Assembly: GCA_050084515.1 (NCBI GenBank) | Contig: CM114271.1 | Span: forward strand, 2,294,001 to 2,358,000 | Length of the DNA: 64,000 bases | Direction of reading: 5' to 3' | Origin: Blasia pusilla | Taxonomy: Eukaryota | In this document: one piece after another, positions 22,601 through 35,764 of the stretch | Layout: each line of letters begins with the position of its first letter | Position numbering within the stretch: position 1 is the first letter of the stretch | Notes under the pieces: generated by a model | What the model saw: the letters and a program-made list of their open reading frames with translations, nothing else | Told to the model about the DNA's origin: nothing | Databases searched by the model: none | Position numbers and translations under genes: made by a program

Positions 22601-25473
22601 TGCAAGTGTATTATGTTCCCATGAAAGAATGCAATCAGTGTAATACGTCATTGCTTGCTCCCGAGCATATTGCTTGGGACCCTGTATGAGATACCTCGGC
22701 ATATCTATAAACTGGACTTGATTCATGGGGTATTTCTTTATGAGAATGAGAGAGAAAGAGAATCACCTGCCAGTGTGCTAGAGGAGAAATCAGCAGCAGT
22801 TTGAGGTATTAGTGGTACGAAAATCAGTACCAAAAAGTTTCGTAATTATCTGCCAAGTGCCAATTAGCAGAGTAAATTTGCTGCTCCATAAATGAATAAC
22901 ATCTTCGTAAACATGAATCAAATCTTTGGTGAAGCCTACATTTGAGAGAAGCACAGATGTTGAATGCCTGCAAGCATTGGCCAGTTGGTCGTAATTCAAA
23001 TTTTGATATGCACTACTGAAAATAATGCTCGTAATAACATAATTTCTGGATATTTTGGATCACTGGTTGTGATTTTGACATGAGCTCTGAATGCTTGTAT
23101 CTTCAGGTTGAGAATGGGATAACACAGTGGGGATTTGAAAGTGATAAGCATGAAGATTACAGGCAAGAAGTTTTGAGTGCTAGTGTGTTGTGAATTTTTT
23201 TATCTCTGCCTCACAAAGTTATTGGACTGGTTTTCTCAAACGTGTAAAGGTTGGAATTGGTTCATCTAAACTCTTGAGAAGCAGACAAAGAATGATGTGC
23301 TGATAGAAACCTGTCAGAAGAAGCACCCATTGACTTCCTTGCTCTTGATTAGGATCTGCGATAGAGGGTGAGCATCTCCTGGACATCAGTTATGTGATAG
23401 GCTCGTGTATGAATCCATACAGCCTTGAGCAGTGGTTTGGTTTATTTTCCTTTCTTAATGAAGATGATTCGTCCTCTTTATTGCAGTTTTGAAACGACAC
23501 AATCAACTGTGTTCATGTACTTTTCTGCACCGAGTGGAGTGGCGAAGGCCATTGGAAAGCCGTCCTTCTCTGTAAGTGAACTGATTTAAGGTGATGCATT
23601 CACATTTCAAAGGGCTGTTTTGCATGCAAATCTTGACATTTGTTTCTCTCTTGATGATATATAAATACTTCCTTGGCGCCCTAGCTGATGTCTGTAATGG
23701 CTTCCAGGTAACCCCAGCAAATGGGCTGGAAGTATATCTTTTAGGGACTGCTGCTGGAGGAGAGGCTCCGACGACCTTGACTCCATCGATCCTGGAAATA
23801 GACTGGCGATGTATTCATTTCTAATTCTTATCTGTATTTGGTCTCTAACTATTAGTGAGAATTATCTGCAATGAACCATCGGAGAAATGTGTAGGTTCAG
23901 TGATTTATTGATGCCTCGGAATGTAGGACATGCTGCAGATTCAGATGAGATTTTCTAAACTTGGTTATTATGTTTGTAGGTGAGTCTGCAGGCAGATATC
24001 TTGTGACAATCACAGTTCCTGTTGAGGGATATGATCCAGTTGTTCTTTCTCTATTGAAGGAATGTGGTAAGTTCACTCGAAGCCTTGAGAGTGAATAGCA
24101 GTGCTGATCTAGACTTTTTTTGGGTTATAAAGACACAAATACCTGGTCGCATGATAAGCATTATGCTATAATCAGAACCCGTGGACAGATGGAGAAGTCC
24201 TGAATATGATTCAGGATGATTTGGAAGAAATTTACTGGTGCCGAAATATTTGAATTGTTTTATTTCTGTCGAGAACAGGAATCTTCAATATTCCCCACTT
24301 GCCCTCTCATGATGGATGTAGACGGATGATGGGTGATCATCTACAGTTGTTTTGAAGTAGAAGCAATGTTGATTAATACAATAGTATGTAGCTAATCTAT
24401 GATTGATTTCTGGAGATGCCTCTGCATGATTATCAAATTACTCAAAAACCACCGTTCATGTGTTGGGTTCTGAGGTTTGTTTCTTGAAAGCTTGTAGGGA
24501 ATATTTGTCTAATTTGTCATCCATGCAGAATCTAAGCAGTCGAAAGAGCAGAATGGTTCAAACGGCTGGGCAACATTTGGTATTTTTTCTTGCATGTGAG
24601 GTCCTATCCACTTTCCACTCTACTTGCTTATAGTTGAAATGATCCTGGAGATGTTTTAAATGGAATTGGAGAGTGGAGATCAAAGTTTGGGGACCAGAAG
24701 AGGCGAGTGAAGCTTGGTGGCAGATGCTGGAAACAGTGTGTTTGACCATTTTGATGTAGGTCAGCTAGGCCAAAATAGGGATGGAACAGGTTGAAACCAT
24801 AGTGGCAGTCATACCGGTGGAGTTTCCAACTTACAATATAAGATACTCTGTTTTACCTTAAGTCTGGGTTATACTTTTCTGTCCATTTTTGCAGCTTGAT
24901 GGTGATGATGACGACCTGCTGCTGTGCGGGTTTCCTCTACAGAACTCGGGTGGAGGAGAAGGTATTATTATTTGCAAATGTATGCAGTTGAGCTGTTAAT
25001 TGGCTGTAAGTTGATGTGTGGACTGATGTCAAGAGTGATTACCTAGCGAACTTCACAATTTTCGTTTACCAGAGTAAATCTGCTACTTACTAATGGCTGG
25101 CAACATCAGCTTCCTAAAGATGACATGGAATGTGTTTTGCAGCATGGCCTTGACGCGGTACCTGGCATTGGTTTTCTTGCAAGCTGTTTGGACCTGGTAA
25201 AACAATTACCCGGGAGGGAAATTCTGCATTGTGACAATGTTGGTTGGAAATGGTACTTTCTTCATTCATGTGCTGGTGCATAGAACATGGATAGTTGAGG
25301 CAATGACCTCCGAGAGATCTTTTTGTTGCTTACAGGTGAACAGAGACACAGGTGGTTATCGGAGACCAGATGAAGCAACCACAATTATTGGAGCCCGCCC
25401 CTTCAGAGATGGAGCCAGTACTGGCACTCGAACTGGACAGAGAGGTTCAGATGGAAATTATGGTGCTGTTTGA
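19643..25473 (+). CDS. Multi-exon gene for a conserved plant signal-peptide/single-TM protein (At4g36440-like, function unknown)
   Basis: GT-AG exons splice to MLCHNIQLWRAILIVLALVLVSVVTAAIAPISNCYALD...VLRFCKD...GDLKACE...VSVICGKC...GCICSV...GPRVLKGFTIGFSPR...APTTLTPSILEIDWRC...GWATFGIFSC...HGLDAVPG...GNYGAV-stop. Family recognised from memory, not by search. The 5' UTR probably begins at about 17.7-17.9 kb. Confidence 0.82.
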
Positions 25474-27895
25474 ATATTGTAACATTCTGTTTTCTTCTTC
25501 TTTGTAACAAACTTACGTCTGGGATTTCTTGGTTCGACAGCCTTGAAAGGGGCTTTATAGAGAACTTGTGCAATAGAATTTTGACCAGGAGCGAGCTCTG
25601 TTACTACTGGGATAGCTGATTGAAACAGTGCGCTCTGTGTGCCTCACGAACATTAGCTGTAGTGTTGGTAGATCCATATTGTTCAGTTTCTTGTAGCCCC
25701 AATGCCATATTTCGAAAGTCATGCTTGCTTAATTGTCAACGACCTCAGTGAAGGGCAGGATGGTGGCTATCTCCTGTATTAAATTTGTGTAACACAGCTG
25801 ATGGTTGGCCAAGGTGGCTTGAAAACAACCCATATGGTTTTCAATGCATGAAAAATCTCTTCAGAAGGTCGGCCAAAATTCCAAAAAGGACTTAGACTCG
25901 TCTAGGTCCTAGTTAAAGTTAAAGTTTCATTTCGAAGGCTCATTGAGTGCACTAATGGGGCAGATTGTGATATTAGCAAGAGGGGATATCATCTTGATTT
26001 GTCATAAGTTTAGGATTATCGTCTCCAAAGAATTTGGTTAAAATGCCCCTTCAGGAAAGCTAGTCCTTTGCTTCGTGATGGTAACTTAGTAAAGTTCACC
26101 TCTCTACTCCAAGTCGAGTGTTGTGTAACACTCGTAGTTGATTCCTTCGATATGAAGGAGCCTGAAAAACCATTTTTTAGACTTTTGGAAAACCATAATT
26201 TGCCTTTCCGTGGAGTTTTCCATCACAATAATGGATGTTAATACTCTAAAATGTCAATTGTTTTCTTCATTCAAATTTAATTGTATAGAATGGGAAAACA
26301 AATGAATAATGCTTTCTTTCAGGAAATTTTCCCATCTTCTAGACTACTTTTAGTACTTCATACGTGTAATCTTCAATGGCATTTGCCATCCAGATGTTTG
26401 TAGTAGACTATAGAAGTTTACTTCTTTTCCCTTCATAGAAAAATATTTTGAAGATAGGGAAAAAGTAATATATTCCCTATAACTTGTCTTGTCTTTTCTT
26501 TTCTTCAGCCAAATGGAATGAGGTTGAGGGAAAGTGAATGAATGAAGGTTTCCCCCCCCTTAATAATTCGATGAAACTTTTTCCCACATGGAACTTTTCT
26601 ACATTATTACTTGACTAGTAAATTTTTGGAAAAATGGAGAAAGATATAATATTGGGATTCAGCTGGAATAGGAGGATAAACTAAATCTTGGAATATTTTA
26701 GAAAATCTACATTAGGGCTCTTACAAGTTCACCATTTTTCTCTTCTTTCCATGTAGCCTTTCTGCGCCCCCTACAAAGAAGTTAGATATTTATTTTCGTC
26801 CTAACCCTCTCGGAGGGCTGCACATTGGATTGAGAATAAGGAGACTGGAAGATAAAATTTTCTCCTAATGAATGATTGGATTTGGGATGTTACATATTCC
26901 CATTCAACACGATTTCATTTCATCAATGATCTTGTAACACATGTCACCAAACAAAAACACTATATTGGTAGTAGTTTTGCCAAATTTGAATGCCTCCAAA
27001 GGGCCCATTTAATAACCATTTTTCAAATCCAAGTTTTTCATATGCTTTTATGGGTACTTAAAGTCCAGCACCTAAAACGATGCTTGCATTCCTAACGGTC
27101 CCAACTGTCCAATGGACCTCGTGCGAATCCCAAACCGAGATCCAACTAAATGAGTCGCAGGTTGGAATCCAATACGGACCTCCAAAATCCGCTCTATTGG
27201 ACTTGATTCGGATTTCGAATCCCAACGCTAAAATCCCGATGAATTTTGTACCCTTGGATCGTCCCGCGGCGCCCCAAAGTGAAGTTCGAGTCCCAAGCAC
27301 TCTTGGAGACCTTCCCTCTTATTAATATGTCTGGGGTTCTTCGTCCTCCCACCATCTTTGGGCCACTCTTTTTGGTCCTCAACCTAAATCTCCATACAGT
27401 CATTTCTAAGAACTTTCTCAACCTATGCTTATGTGTTTGCTAACATCTTAATGCGTTGGAACTAGATTCACATAAGCTTTCCAACGCCATCTTATTTGTC
27501 CCAAACACATCTTGGGACCAAAAGTTATGATCCAAAATACAGTCAAAACCCCAAACGCTAGTCACGTTCCAAATTTGGTTCTCACCTCTTTAGCAACCAC
27601 TCTTCCTAGACTCGACTCCTCTCAAGTCTTGGTTTACGTTTGGTTCAGGTTTCCTAGTTGCGACCATAAATGCATAAAACGCTAAACCTTGCTCGCTTCT
27701 CATCTCTTGTGTCTCTTGCGTCTCTTCTAAGAGATCACTCCAACGCGCAAATCATCCTAGCGTGAGCCTGCTAGAATTCTGATGTTCTGCTTGGTGCTCG
27801 TTTGGTTATGAGGGTCGCGACACCCAAGTTCCGCATCTTATCTCGATGGAAGTAAAGACACTAGAGGAAATCTTGGTTTTTATGCCTCTAATAAA

Positions 27896-28476
27896 TGTCG
27901 TGCGAATCCACATCGTCATACAACATACATTGCTGACATACCATACTCACATACATACATAACATAGACGAGAGCATCCACAAACACAAGTGTACCACAA
28001 CTGAAATCCGTGAAAGACCCACTGCCATAAAACACGTATAGAATCACATACAATCGAGCCAAACCCACTCCACGATGGGAGAATCTAGGTCGAAGCTTGG
28101 AAACACCATAGCCAAGAGCTCTACTCACTACCAAGGCTAACTCCCAAGCAATGAGGCTCAACTCAAAGAACTCGATTTGTTCTTTGAGTGCACTCCACCT
28201 ATATCCTCCAACCTAAGAGCGGGCCCTCTTTGGAAAAGTCACCTCAACCGAGTAACCTCCAACCCTATGTATGAAATCGCATCTCTACCTAGACACTGCG
28301 GCCCTACATAAGGTATGGCCTCTACTAGCACACTATACTCTACGACATAATCCGTATGGTCATGACAGCTGTCGTGCGAATCCACATCGTCATATAACAT
28401 ACATCGCTGACATACCATACTCACATACATACATAACATAGACGAGAGCATCCACAAACACAAGTGTACCACAACT
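27896..28476 (-). repeat. E2 terminal repeat block B1-GC-A2-B2
   Basis: 27896-28002 repeats at 28370-28476 (107 bp). 28003-28367 repeats at 37297-37660. Junction GACA-GC-TGTC at 28364-28373. Confidence 0.95.
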
Positions 28477-28648
28477 CGCCCCCCTAACTGGCGGTTAGGT
28501 CCCTCTAGCTTCCAGGTATCCCTATACATCTACTACATGCTATACACCTTCTTGGGTGCACGAATCAAAAGGCCGGGTGCTAGGTTGCCCCATCGTTAGT
28601 CGCACATCTATAATCCATATCATGCAAAGATCAAGTCATCTACCCCTC

Positions 28649-28789
28649 CTAAGTACATCGAGGACAAACCCACCTTCCAGTAGGAACAACATCCATACAT
28701 GGAGTCAAACACATCATGTGCCAACCCCTAGAACACCGATCACACACCAACATACGGGTTGCGTTACCAGCAGACCCACACAACATGCA
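28649..28789 (-). pseudogene. E2 PHD finger
   Basis: CMLCGSAGNATRMLVCDRCSRGWHMMCLTPCMDVVPTGRWVCPRCT-stop; intact C4HC3. Confidence 0.92.
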
Positions 28790-28829
28790 CCTCAAGCTAG
28801 CACGTATCATGGCTAAGCTTGGGTCAACA

Positions 28830-29900
28830 GTACCATCCACATTTGGAAGATGGCGCACAATTACGCACATGGTCCTTCCAAACAACTCCATCACGACCCT
28901 CCAACATGAGAACTCCAGAAGCTAACACCTCGCGCACTCGTAAAATAGTGCGCCCTGCTGTCACATCCAACGTTTTCGGTGCAATCTGCTGCAAAAAGAC
29001 ATATTCCCCCACATGGAACCTACGAATCGATGGTCGATAACCTCCACCCCGAATAGTTGCATACCACAACGTATCCCTGTGTTGAGCAATGGCAAGATTC
29101 TCAAAGGCTGTTGGCATAACTCTCCGAAAGAGCTCTGCCCGCTGAGAACACACTCTCATCCACATCTCTGGGTCATCAAGGTTCACCACCTCACTAGACC
29201 CCCGACGAATTGCTGTTGGCAAGTATGGATCTCGACCGTATAACAGAAAATAAGATGAGAAGGAAGCCAAGGATGCTTGGCGACTGAACCTATACCCCAT
29301 GGCTAACCATGGCAACTGAATATCCCAGTCTCCAAGATGCCCCTTTTGTAGGCCATACTTACGCAATGCCCTCTTCACCGTCTGAACCACACGCTCAGCC
29401 AAACCATCCGCCTCTGGATGATCTCAAGACGTGGTCCGATGATCAATCAACGCCTTGTCACACAAGACCTGAAACTCACCCTAAAACTATGTACCCTGGT
29501 CGGTCAGTACTTCAACCGATGCACCAAAATGACTAGCACTCTATCAAGAAACGCATACGCCGTTCCCTCACTTGCCTTGTCCGGTAATGCCACCAACTCA
29601 ATCCACTTGGAGAAGTGCTCCACCATCACCAACACATATCGATGATATCGTACAGTCAACGGTAACGGTCCCGCAAAGTCCACACTCCAACGGTAATCCA
29701 ACCCCATAATAGGCAAGGGGTGTAATTGTGGTGTAGGGGCATTGAATGATGCCCTCACCCGGTCACAAACCATACAACATGACACCAACTGCTGCACCTG
29801 AGTATGCATGCAACGCCACCAATGCTGACCAAGGAGTAAGCTATATGTACGCTTTACCCCAAAATGTCTCAACTCCTCATGGGCATGTCGCACAATGCGC
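28830..29900 (-). pseudogene. E2 DDE integrase
   Basis: HAHEELRHFG...CMVCDR, WSVDFAGPLP, YVLVMVEHFSKWIELVAL, TDQG, AERVVQTVKRAL, YFLLYGRDP. Confidence 0.92.
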
Positions 29901-30289
29901 TCTCTCTGAGCCAAATGCGGCACTACTCGTACTCTACCATCCTCCCACACACGGAGAATATGTGTTCCCTCCAATCGATACCTCTTAGCACGTTGAAGAA
30001 CACGGTCTCGCTCCTTGGCACTCACTATGCCTGGCACCCTACTGGTCCGTAGGAACTCCAACACCAACGCATCATCATGAATATCACGCTGATCCGTACC
30101 ACAATCTCCAACCTTAGGATCCGAAGGCTAGCCATCTACCCTCTGACTAGAGTAAGATATCATGTGGTCCTCCATACTAGAGTCCATCCCTAACCAACAT
30201 AAAAAGGCGAATGCATGCCAACCTGGCACCATCTCCTCATCATCCTCGCCATGCCATCTAGCCCAAGTTGTATCCTCTTGGCTAGTACA

Positions 30290-31520
30290 TGGGTTCCTAC
30301 TCAACCCATCAGCATCAAGGTTGGCAACTCCAGGTCTATGTACCACCTAGAAGTCATACTCCTGTAAGATAAGCGGCTGGTGATCAGTAACAAGGGTAAA
30401 CTGTGTGCCAAACAAGTAACACCTAAAGTGTGCCACAGCCCACACTACTGCCAAGCACTCTCCCTCATATGAACTATAGCGACTCCGCTGCATTATTCGA
30501 ACGACTTGCATAGGCCACCACAAACTCCATGTGCTCATCATCATGTTGTGTCAACACCGCTCCAAGTCCCAACCTACTCCAATCAGTGTGTAACTGAAAT
30601 GGGCGCCCTTTGATAGGTCTCCTCAAGATAGGCGCCGCCACCGACTGGGCCTTAAGCTCTACAAAAGCTCTCTCCTGATCATCTCCCCAATGCCACTCTT
30701 GATCTGATTTCAGCAATTGGTTCAAAGGCTTTGCTATAGCACTAAATCCCTTCACATACCTCCGATAGTAGTTCGCCAATCCCATGAATGCCCGAACTTT
30801 ACTCACATCTACCGGACGCGAAATAAGTGCAATAGCCTTCACCTTTGCTTGCTGAACTCCCAAACCACCTGGATAGATCACATGACCCAAGTACTCAACA
30901 TCCTCATGGAAGAACTTACACTTTCTAGGATGCAAACGTAGACCATGAGCTTTCAACCGCTCAAACACCATGTGCAAATGTATCTGATGCTCCTCCACCG
31001 TGTTACTGAACACCAAGATATCATCAATGTAACACCGAACAAAATCCAACCCTGCTAGGATCCTGTCCATCACTCTCTGAAACTCGGCATGTGCATTCTT
31101 CAATCCAAAGGGTAAGAATTTCCACTGGTACAAACAATCCTTGCCATGAGAGTTGACACCCCAAAATGCTATCTTGGCCTTGTCACTCTCCCGAATCGGC
31201 AATTGATGGTATCCTGCCCGAAGATCCAAAGTACTGAAAATATTTGCCTGTCCCACTACATCAAAGATCTCTTCAGGTGTAGGCATGGCATACCTATCGA
31301 CCTTGGTTTGCCAATTGATAGGACGATAATCTCCACACATCCGCCTATCCGTGTAGTTGCCATGCATATCCTTTTTAGCAGCATGCATGGGGTGGCGATG
31401 CATACTTTCCATGCGACAACTCCACTAATCCAGCCTCCAAAAGGTCCAACGTCCTACTCTGAATCAGGTCCCTCTCCATATCACTATATCGGTAGGGACG
31501 ACGGAAGATTGGCGTATCAC
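30290..31520 (-). pseudogene. E2 reverse transcriptase and RNase H
   Basis: ORF 30474-31412: RMCGDYRPIN, FSTLDLRAGYHQL, LPFGLKNA, CYIDDILV, LHTDWSRLGLGAVL; then YEGECLAVVWAV, TDHQPL, DADGLSR. Confidence 0.95.
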
Positions 31521-31974
31521 TAGCCAAATCAATCCGTATACCGGGTCCAACCAGAGAACCCAACTCCTTCATGCTAAAGGCAAAACAACTCCTATAAGCA
31601 CGTAGGAACTGTGTCAAGCGTCGTTTCTCACCTCCCGTAAGCTTGGGCCTAATTAATGGCTCCCAAGTCTCCTCCACTGGCACTTTGCCATTGGCTGCTA
31701 CGCAACCCCCTCACAAGATGGTACACCCTTAGCTACACCATCAGCTGAGCAAATAACTCCTCCACCAGCATGAGCAACCAACTCCACATGCCCAGCCATT
31801 ACATCCCATTTACTCCAAGGATGCAAAATACTACTCTCCTCGCCCCCAACCGATGCCTCTATCGTCCCGGTAGCCATCGAGCTTATTACAAGGGGTGGAA
31901 GACCCACAGACATAGTCCGAAGTCGACGCTGCTCGGCCATACCAAGACTCAAAATCCAAGTCAAACAATTCAGG

Positions 31975-32890
31975 TCCATGGCCTGACCCAACACATGACG
32001 TCGTGAAGCCTCGAAATGGAAGCAACATTTGTCACACCGAGAGCAAATCCCATCGACGCTCGCTCATCAGCGTTAGGCTCACCAACTGTCGCACATGAGA
32101 ATCCCATACAAGCCCGTGACCACCTTCCCTGTATGCATGTGACGAGGGAAAACTCACAAATGTGGGTAGTGCCATCCTAGGCTGGCCCACACGATTCACC
32201 ACTGCCATGGGTGACCGATCAATAACCCTCACTACCTGAGAAAGTCGCCCAGTATCCAAGATACTATCCACTGTAAGGCAAGGATCCCGCTGCACTGCAT
32301 CATATGATCGACGTAGAACCTCCCTAGGCAACAAGTTTGTCCACCACAAGAGTGGACGATGTGCACGCGAGCCAACTCGGGCTGCATCCAACAACACCGT
32401 TGGTCCAATCCAAGACCGCACCTCATGAACACTCGCCATCATCCGGGTCCGAGTGTCATCCAACAATGGAACATTCTCCAAAATGTAAGCTAGAGCACGT
32501 GCCTGATGAACCTGAAGATGTCGTAACACCCGTAACATCTCCCAAAACAATCGAGACCGAGGGTCGTGTAATCCCTCACCACGACCAACACGTGTATGAC
32601 CCTGACATGGCCATCCAGCAATCACCAAATCCACAGGACCAACCCTCTCAAGGTCCTGCGCCCCCAAGAATGCAATGTGTGATGGCAAAGCACGATGGTA
32701 CCCACGAATAGCTGATGGCGGCAACAACTCAAGATATCTCAGCATCAACTGACCAATATGTCGGGATGAGACTCTGTGGGCCGTCTCATCTTGCTCCACA
32801 TACACGTATCTCCAAGACAGAATACCGGCTTGCAACATCGACCAAACCAGGTGCTAATCCCACCAAAGAGATCTAACACACAGATGCCCT
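31975..32890 (-). pseudogene. E2 DNMT3-like C5 cytosine DNA methyltransferase domain
   Basis: VLDLFGGIST (I), YVYVEQD (II), DLVIAGWPCQG (IV, catalytic PC), YILENV (VI), LLDAARVGSRAHRPLLWWTNLLP (VIII), VLGQAMD (X). Most of it lies in the 268-aa ORF 32032-32838. Confidence 0.92.
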
Positions 32891-33179
32891 CGGCGGATCG
32901 CCATACAATGGGTGTAGTATCCAAAGGGGATAACCTAATGGACAGAAGTAGGAGTCCGTGGGGCCTCCTCTTCCTCGTGAGGTATAATGACCTCACACCA
33001 AGCCTCCTACACTAGGCGTCGCCTCTGCCGTAGTGCACCGCTTGAACTCCAAAGTGGCACATCCAACGATGAGGATGCCACTGCTGCAAAAATAGGGACC
33101 TCCTCTACCTCCTCATGCACAGGAGAATCCATAGCAAAAACATTACCCTCCAAAAATCTCCTGGCCAAGTGACTACTCC

Positions 33180-33737
33180 ACTAAAACCAACCACAGATGC
33201 TAACACTGTTGGGGAAGACCCTCCTGGTCGAGCCCCATAAATAAATCTCACAGGAACTTGGCTCATACGTCCATCCCCGGACTGCCAACCAGGTCTATAA
33301 GACGCTGTCTCACCCAAGTAATCCATCATCGAAAACCCATCGGGTACAAATCTCGCTCCTCCAACTAGTACATCATACGACTCGGCTGATGTGACTACCG
33401 CAGATACTCCCAACCGGGAGCTATCAATCGCATGATCTGGTCTCAATTGTACAGAAAACTTCTCCCGTTTCATGAATTGAGACCTATCATTGGCTCCTCC
33501 AAGTGATGTTTGAATCTGGAATGGGCAACGCTCGAGCTCTGACCTCCGAATACCCAAACCACTACATGCCGCCTTTCCCAACATCAAAGGTTGGGCAGCA
33601 GAGTCTAACAAGACTCTATCTGGTCTATACACCTGTCCTGTAGGACTCACCAATCGGAATATCCCACTCCGATTGTCCAACATACATACACCAGGTGTAA
33701 GCCTCTCACGATCAATGGTGGCCGGGTGGTAATGCAT
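33180..33737 (-). pseudogene. E2 aspartic protease-like domain
   Basis: RVLLDSAAQPLML (DSG-like active site) and YDVLVGG (C-terminal ILG-like motif), located between gag and the MTase. Confidence 0.75.
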
Positions 33738-34249
33738 CCATCTTCGCCGCCGCCGCTAAGTAGCATTGGTACTCAATGCTACACCTGACATAGAGGGTCG
33801 CTCCACCGCAACACCCTCATCCACCTCAGCACGTGTAGCATTAACACCCCCACGTTCACACAACTTGGTTGCTAGCTGAAATACATGAGCTAAGTCAACT
33901 CCTAAAGCCATCAGCTCCGTGGCCGAAAACAATGGGGATCCCAACACTGAAGTTGCCATCCGCAATACTGCACTAGATGTTGCATCCGTGTCTACTACAC
34001 GCGATGTAGATGCCCCAGTCCCCACTATCCGCTCAATAGGCTGCGTAGAAACCATGGATGGTGTCCTAAGCACCTCAGACAACAAGAATGACTGGGGAAG
34101 CCTATCCTGCCTCCTGCCCCCCCCCCCCCTTCTGTGGGTCCAACTCCACAGTAGCACCATGTGGCTCTGATGCTCGAGTGGCTCCTCTCAGAATCGCTGG
34201 TGATGCCTCAACTCAGGTATCTTTGCACTCGCCATATAAGAGAGATCAT

Positions 34250-35764
34250 CTCCTCCATAAGAGGTGGAAGCCCCTGCTCCCGAACCGATCTATCTTTGGA
34301 TACCCGACCATAGTAGCCAACTTCTGCTCCAACGGCTCAATCTCGGCGACCATAATCGACTCGTCGTAGTGGTAGGGGTGGCCACCGTAGGCTCTCCAAC
34401 CACTGGTCCACCTCTACCACCCCTACCACCTCTACCACCTCGGCCTCTCGGAGCTACTCCACCACGGCCGCGGCGTGATCTCAACTCGGATGAAGATCAA
34501 AGCAACGCTCTCGAGGATGGTCTGGTCTCCCGCAATGATCACACACTGAGTTGGGGCCGATCGAGGCCCATCCTCCAAAGTCCGTCTCCCATCCTCTTGG
34601 GGACAAAACTTCCTTACATGATCACCTCCACATGTCCAACATGATCCGCCCAGCAGCGGCAAAGCAAATGAAGGCAATGGTCTCTCGCAAGTGTCCCTCT
34701 AGGACTGGACCGAGGTCGAAGTGTACCCCCACGACTCCCACTACTACTACTACCACCACCACTACTACGAGACGTGAGGGACCGCCGCACACGAAGTAGT
34801 AGTTGTATCCCCATGAATGCCGATGTCACCACTCTCTCCTTCACCATGTTAAGCTCAATCTTCTCGTAAAGAGCAAACACATGGTCAATGTGGGTGAATC
34901 ATCACTCATAAGAGTAGCATCACGCACCTGCAGGCGCAACTCTCATCCAACATCCCATACCAAAACGGATGCTCGAGCCTGAGTCACACCTTGGGTAATG
35001 AAATCAAGCGCCGTGATACGAGTGTATGCCTCACGAAGACTCTCACCAGTCTTTCGCTCAAATTCTTGAAGACTTCTCAACTTCTCTGTCTTCACTCCTG
35101 ATAGTTCTTCTTCAACCTCTTGAAGAACTGCAGAATCGGGCTAACGATGGTGGGGCACTAGTACCTCCACTAGTACCCCCATTGGTACCTCCATGGGTAC
35201 CTCCATGGGTACCCCCACCCCACTCGGCTCGCACTCGTACCACTCAACGTCGGGATTTGGATGGCATAGTAGGAGCACTACTACCAATACCACCATGGGT
35301 GATAGACACATAGCCGGAGACCAATATTGTCTCCACGCCTCAATCTCGACAACATGGTCCTTCCTAAACTCATGGTAATCATCCATGGGTGGTCCCTCAA
35401 GTCTTTGAAACAACCCCTTCCAGGCCAAGAAGGGTGTAAACAACGTGGCGTTCCGCAACATCTGCATATCACACCACGTATCAAACTCCTACATGAAGTC
35501 CTCCAACTCAATGGTGCCCACTGCACCCGAGTATCGTCGTGGGCCCTTCATGGTCCCATATATCCCGTCCATGTCCCAAATCAATGGAGCTCCAACACTC
35601 GATAACAACGTAGAAGACTCGGTGTTTGGAGCACCCTCGTCCTCCTCTTCATCAACCGTCGGAAGTGGAAAAGGTAGCCGATACCTAAATCTGCTCCGTG
35701 TGAAACCACCACTGTCCGCACCACGGTCCCCAACCAGACCACCCGACAGCTCTGTGATGACCAA
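34250..35764 (-). pseudogene. E2 gag-like region with zinc knuckle
   Basis: Fragments homologous to E1 gag, a CWTCGGDHVRKFC knuckle at about 34600-34645 and an RGG-rich tract at about 34400-34480. Confidence 0.7.
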
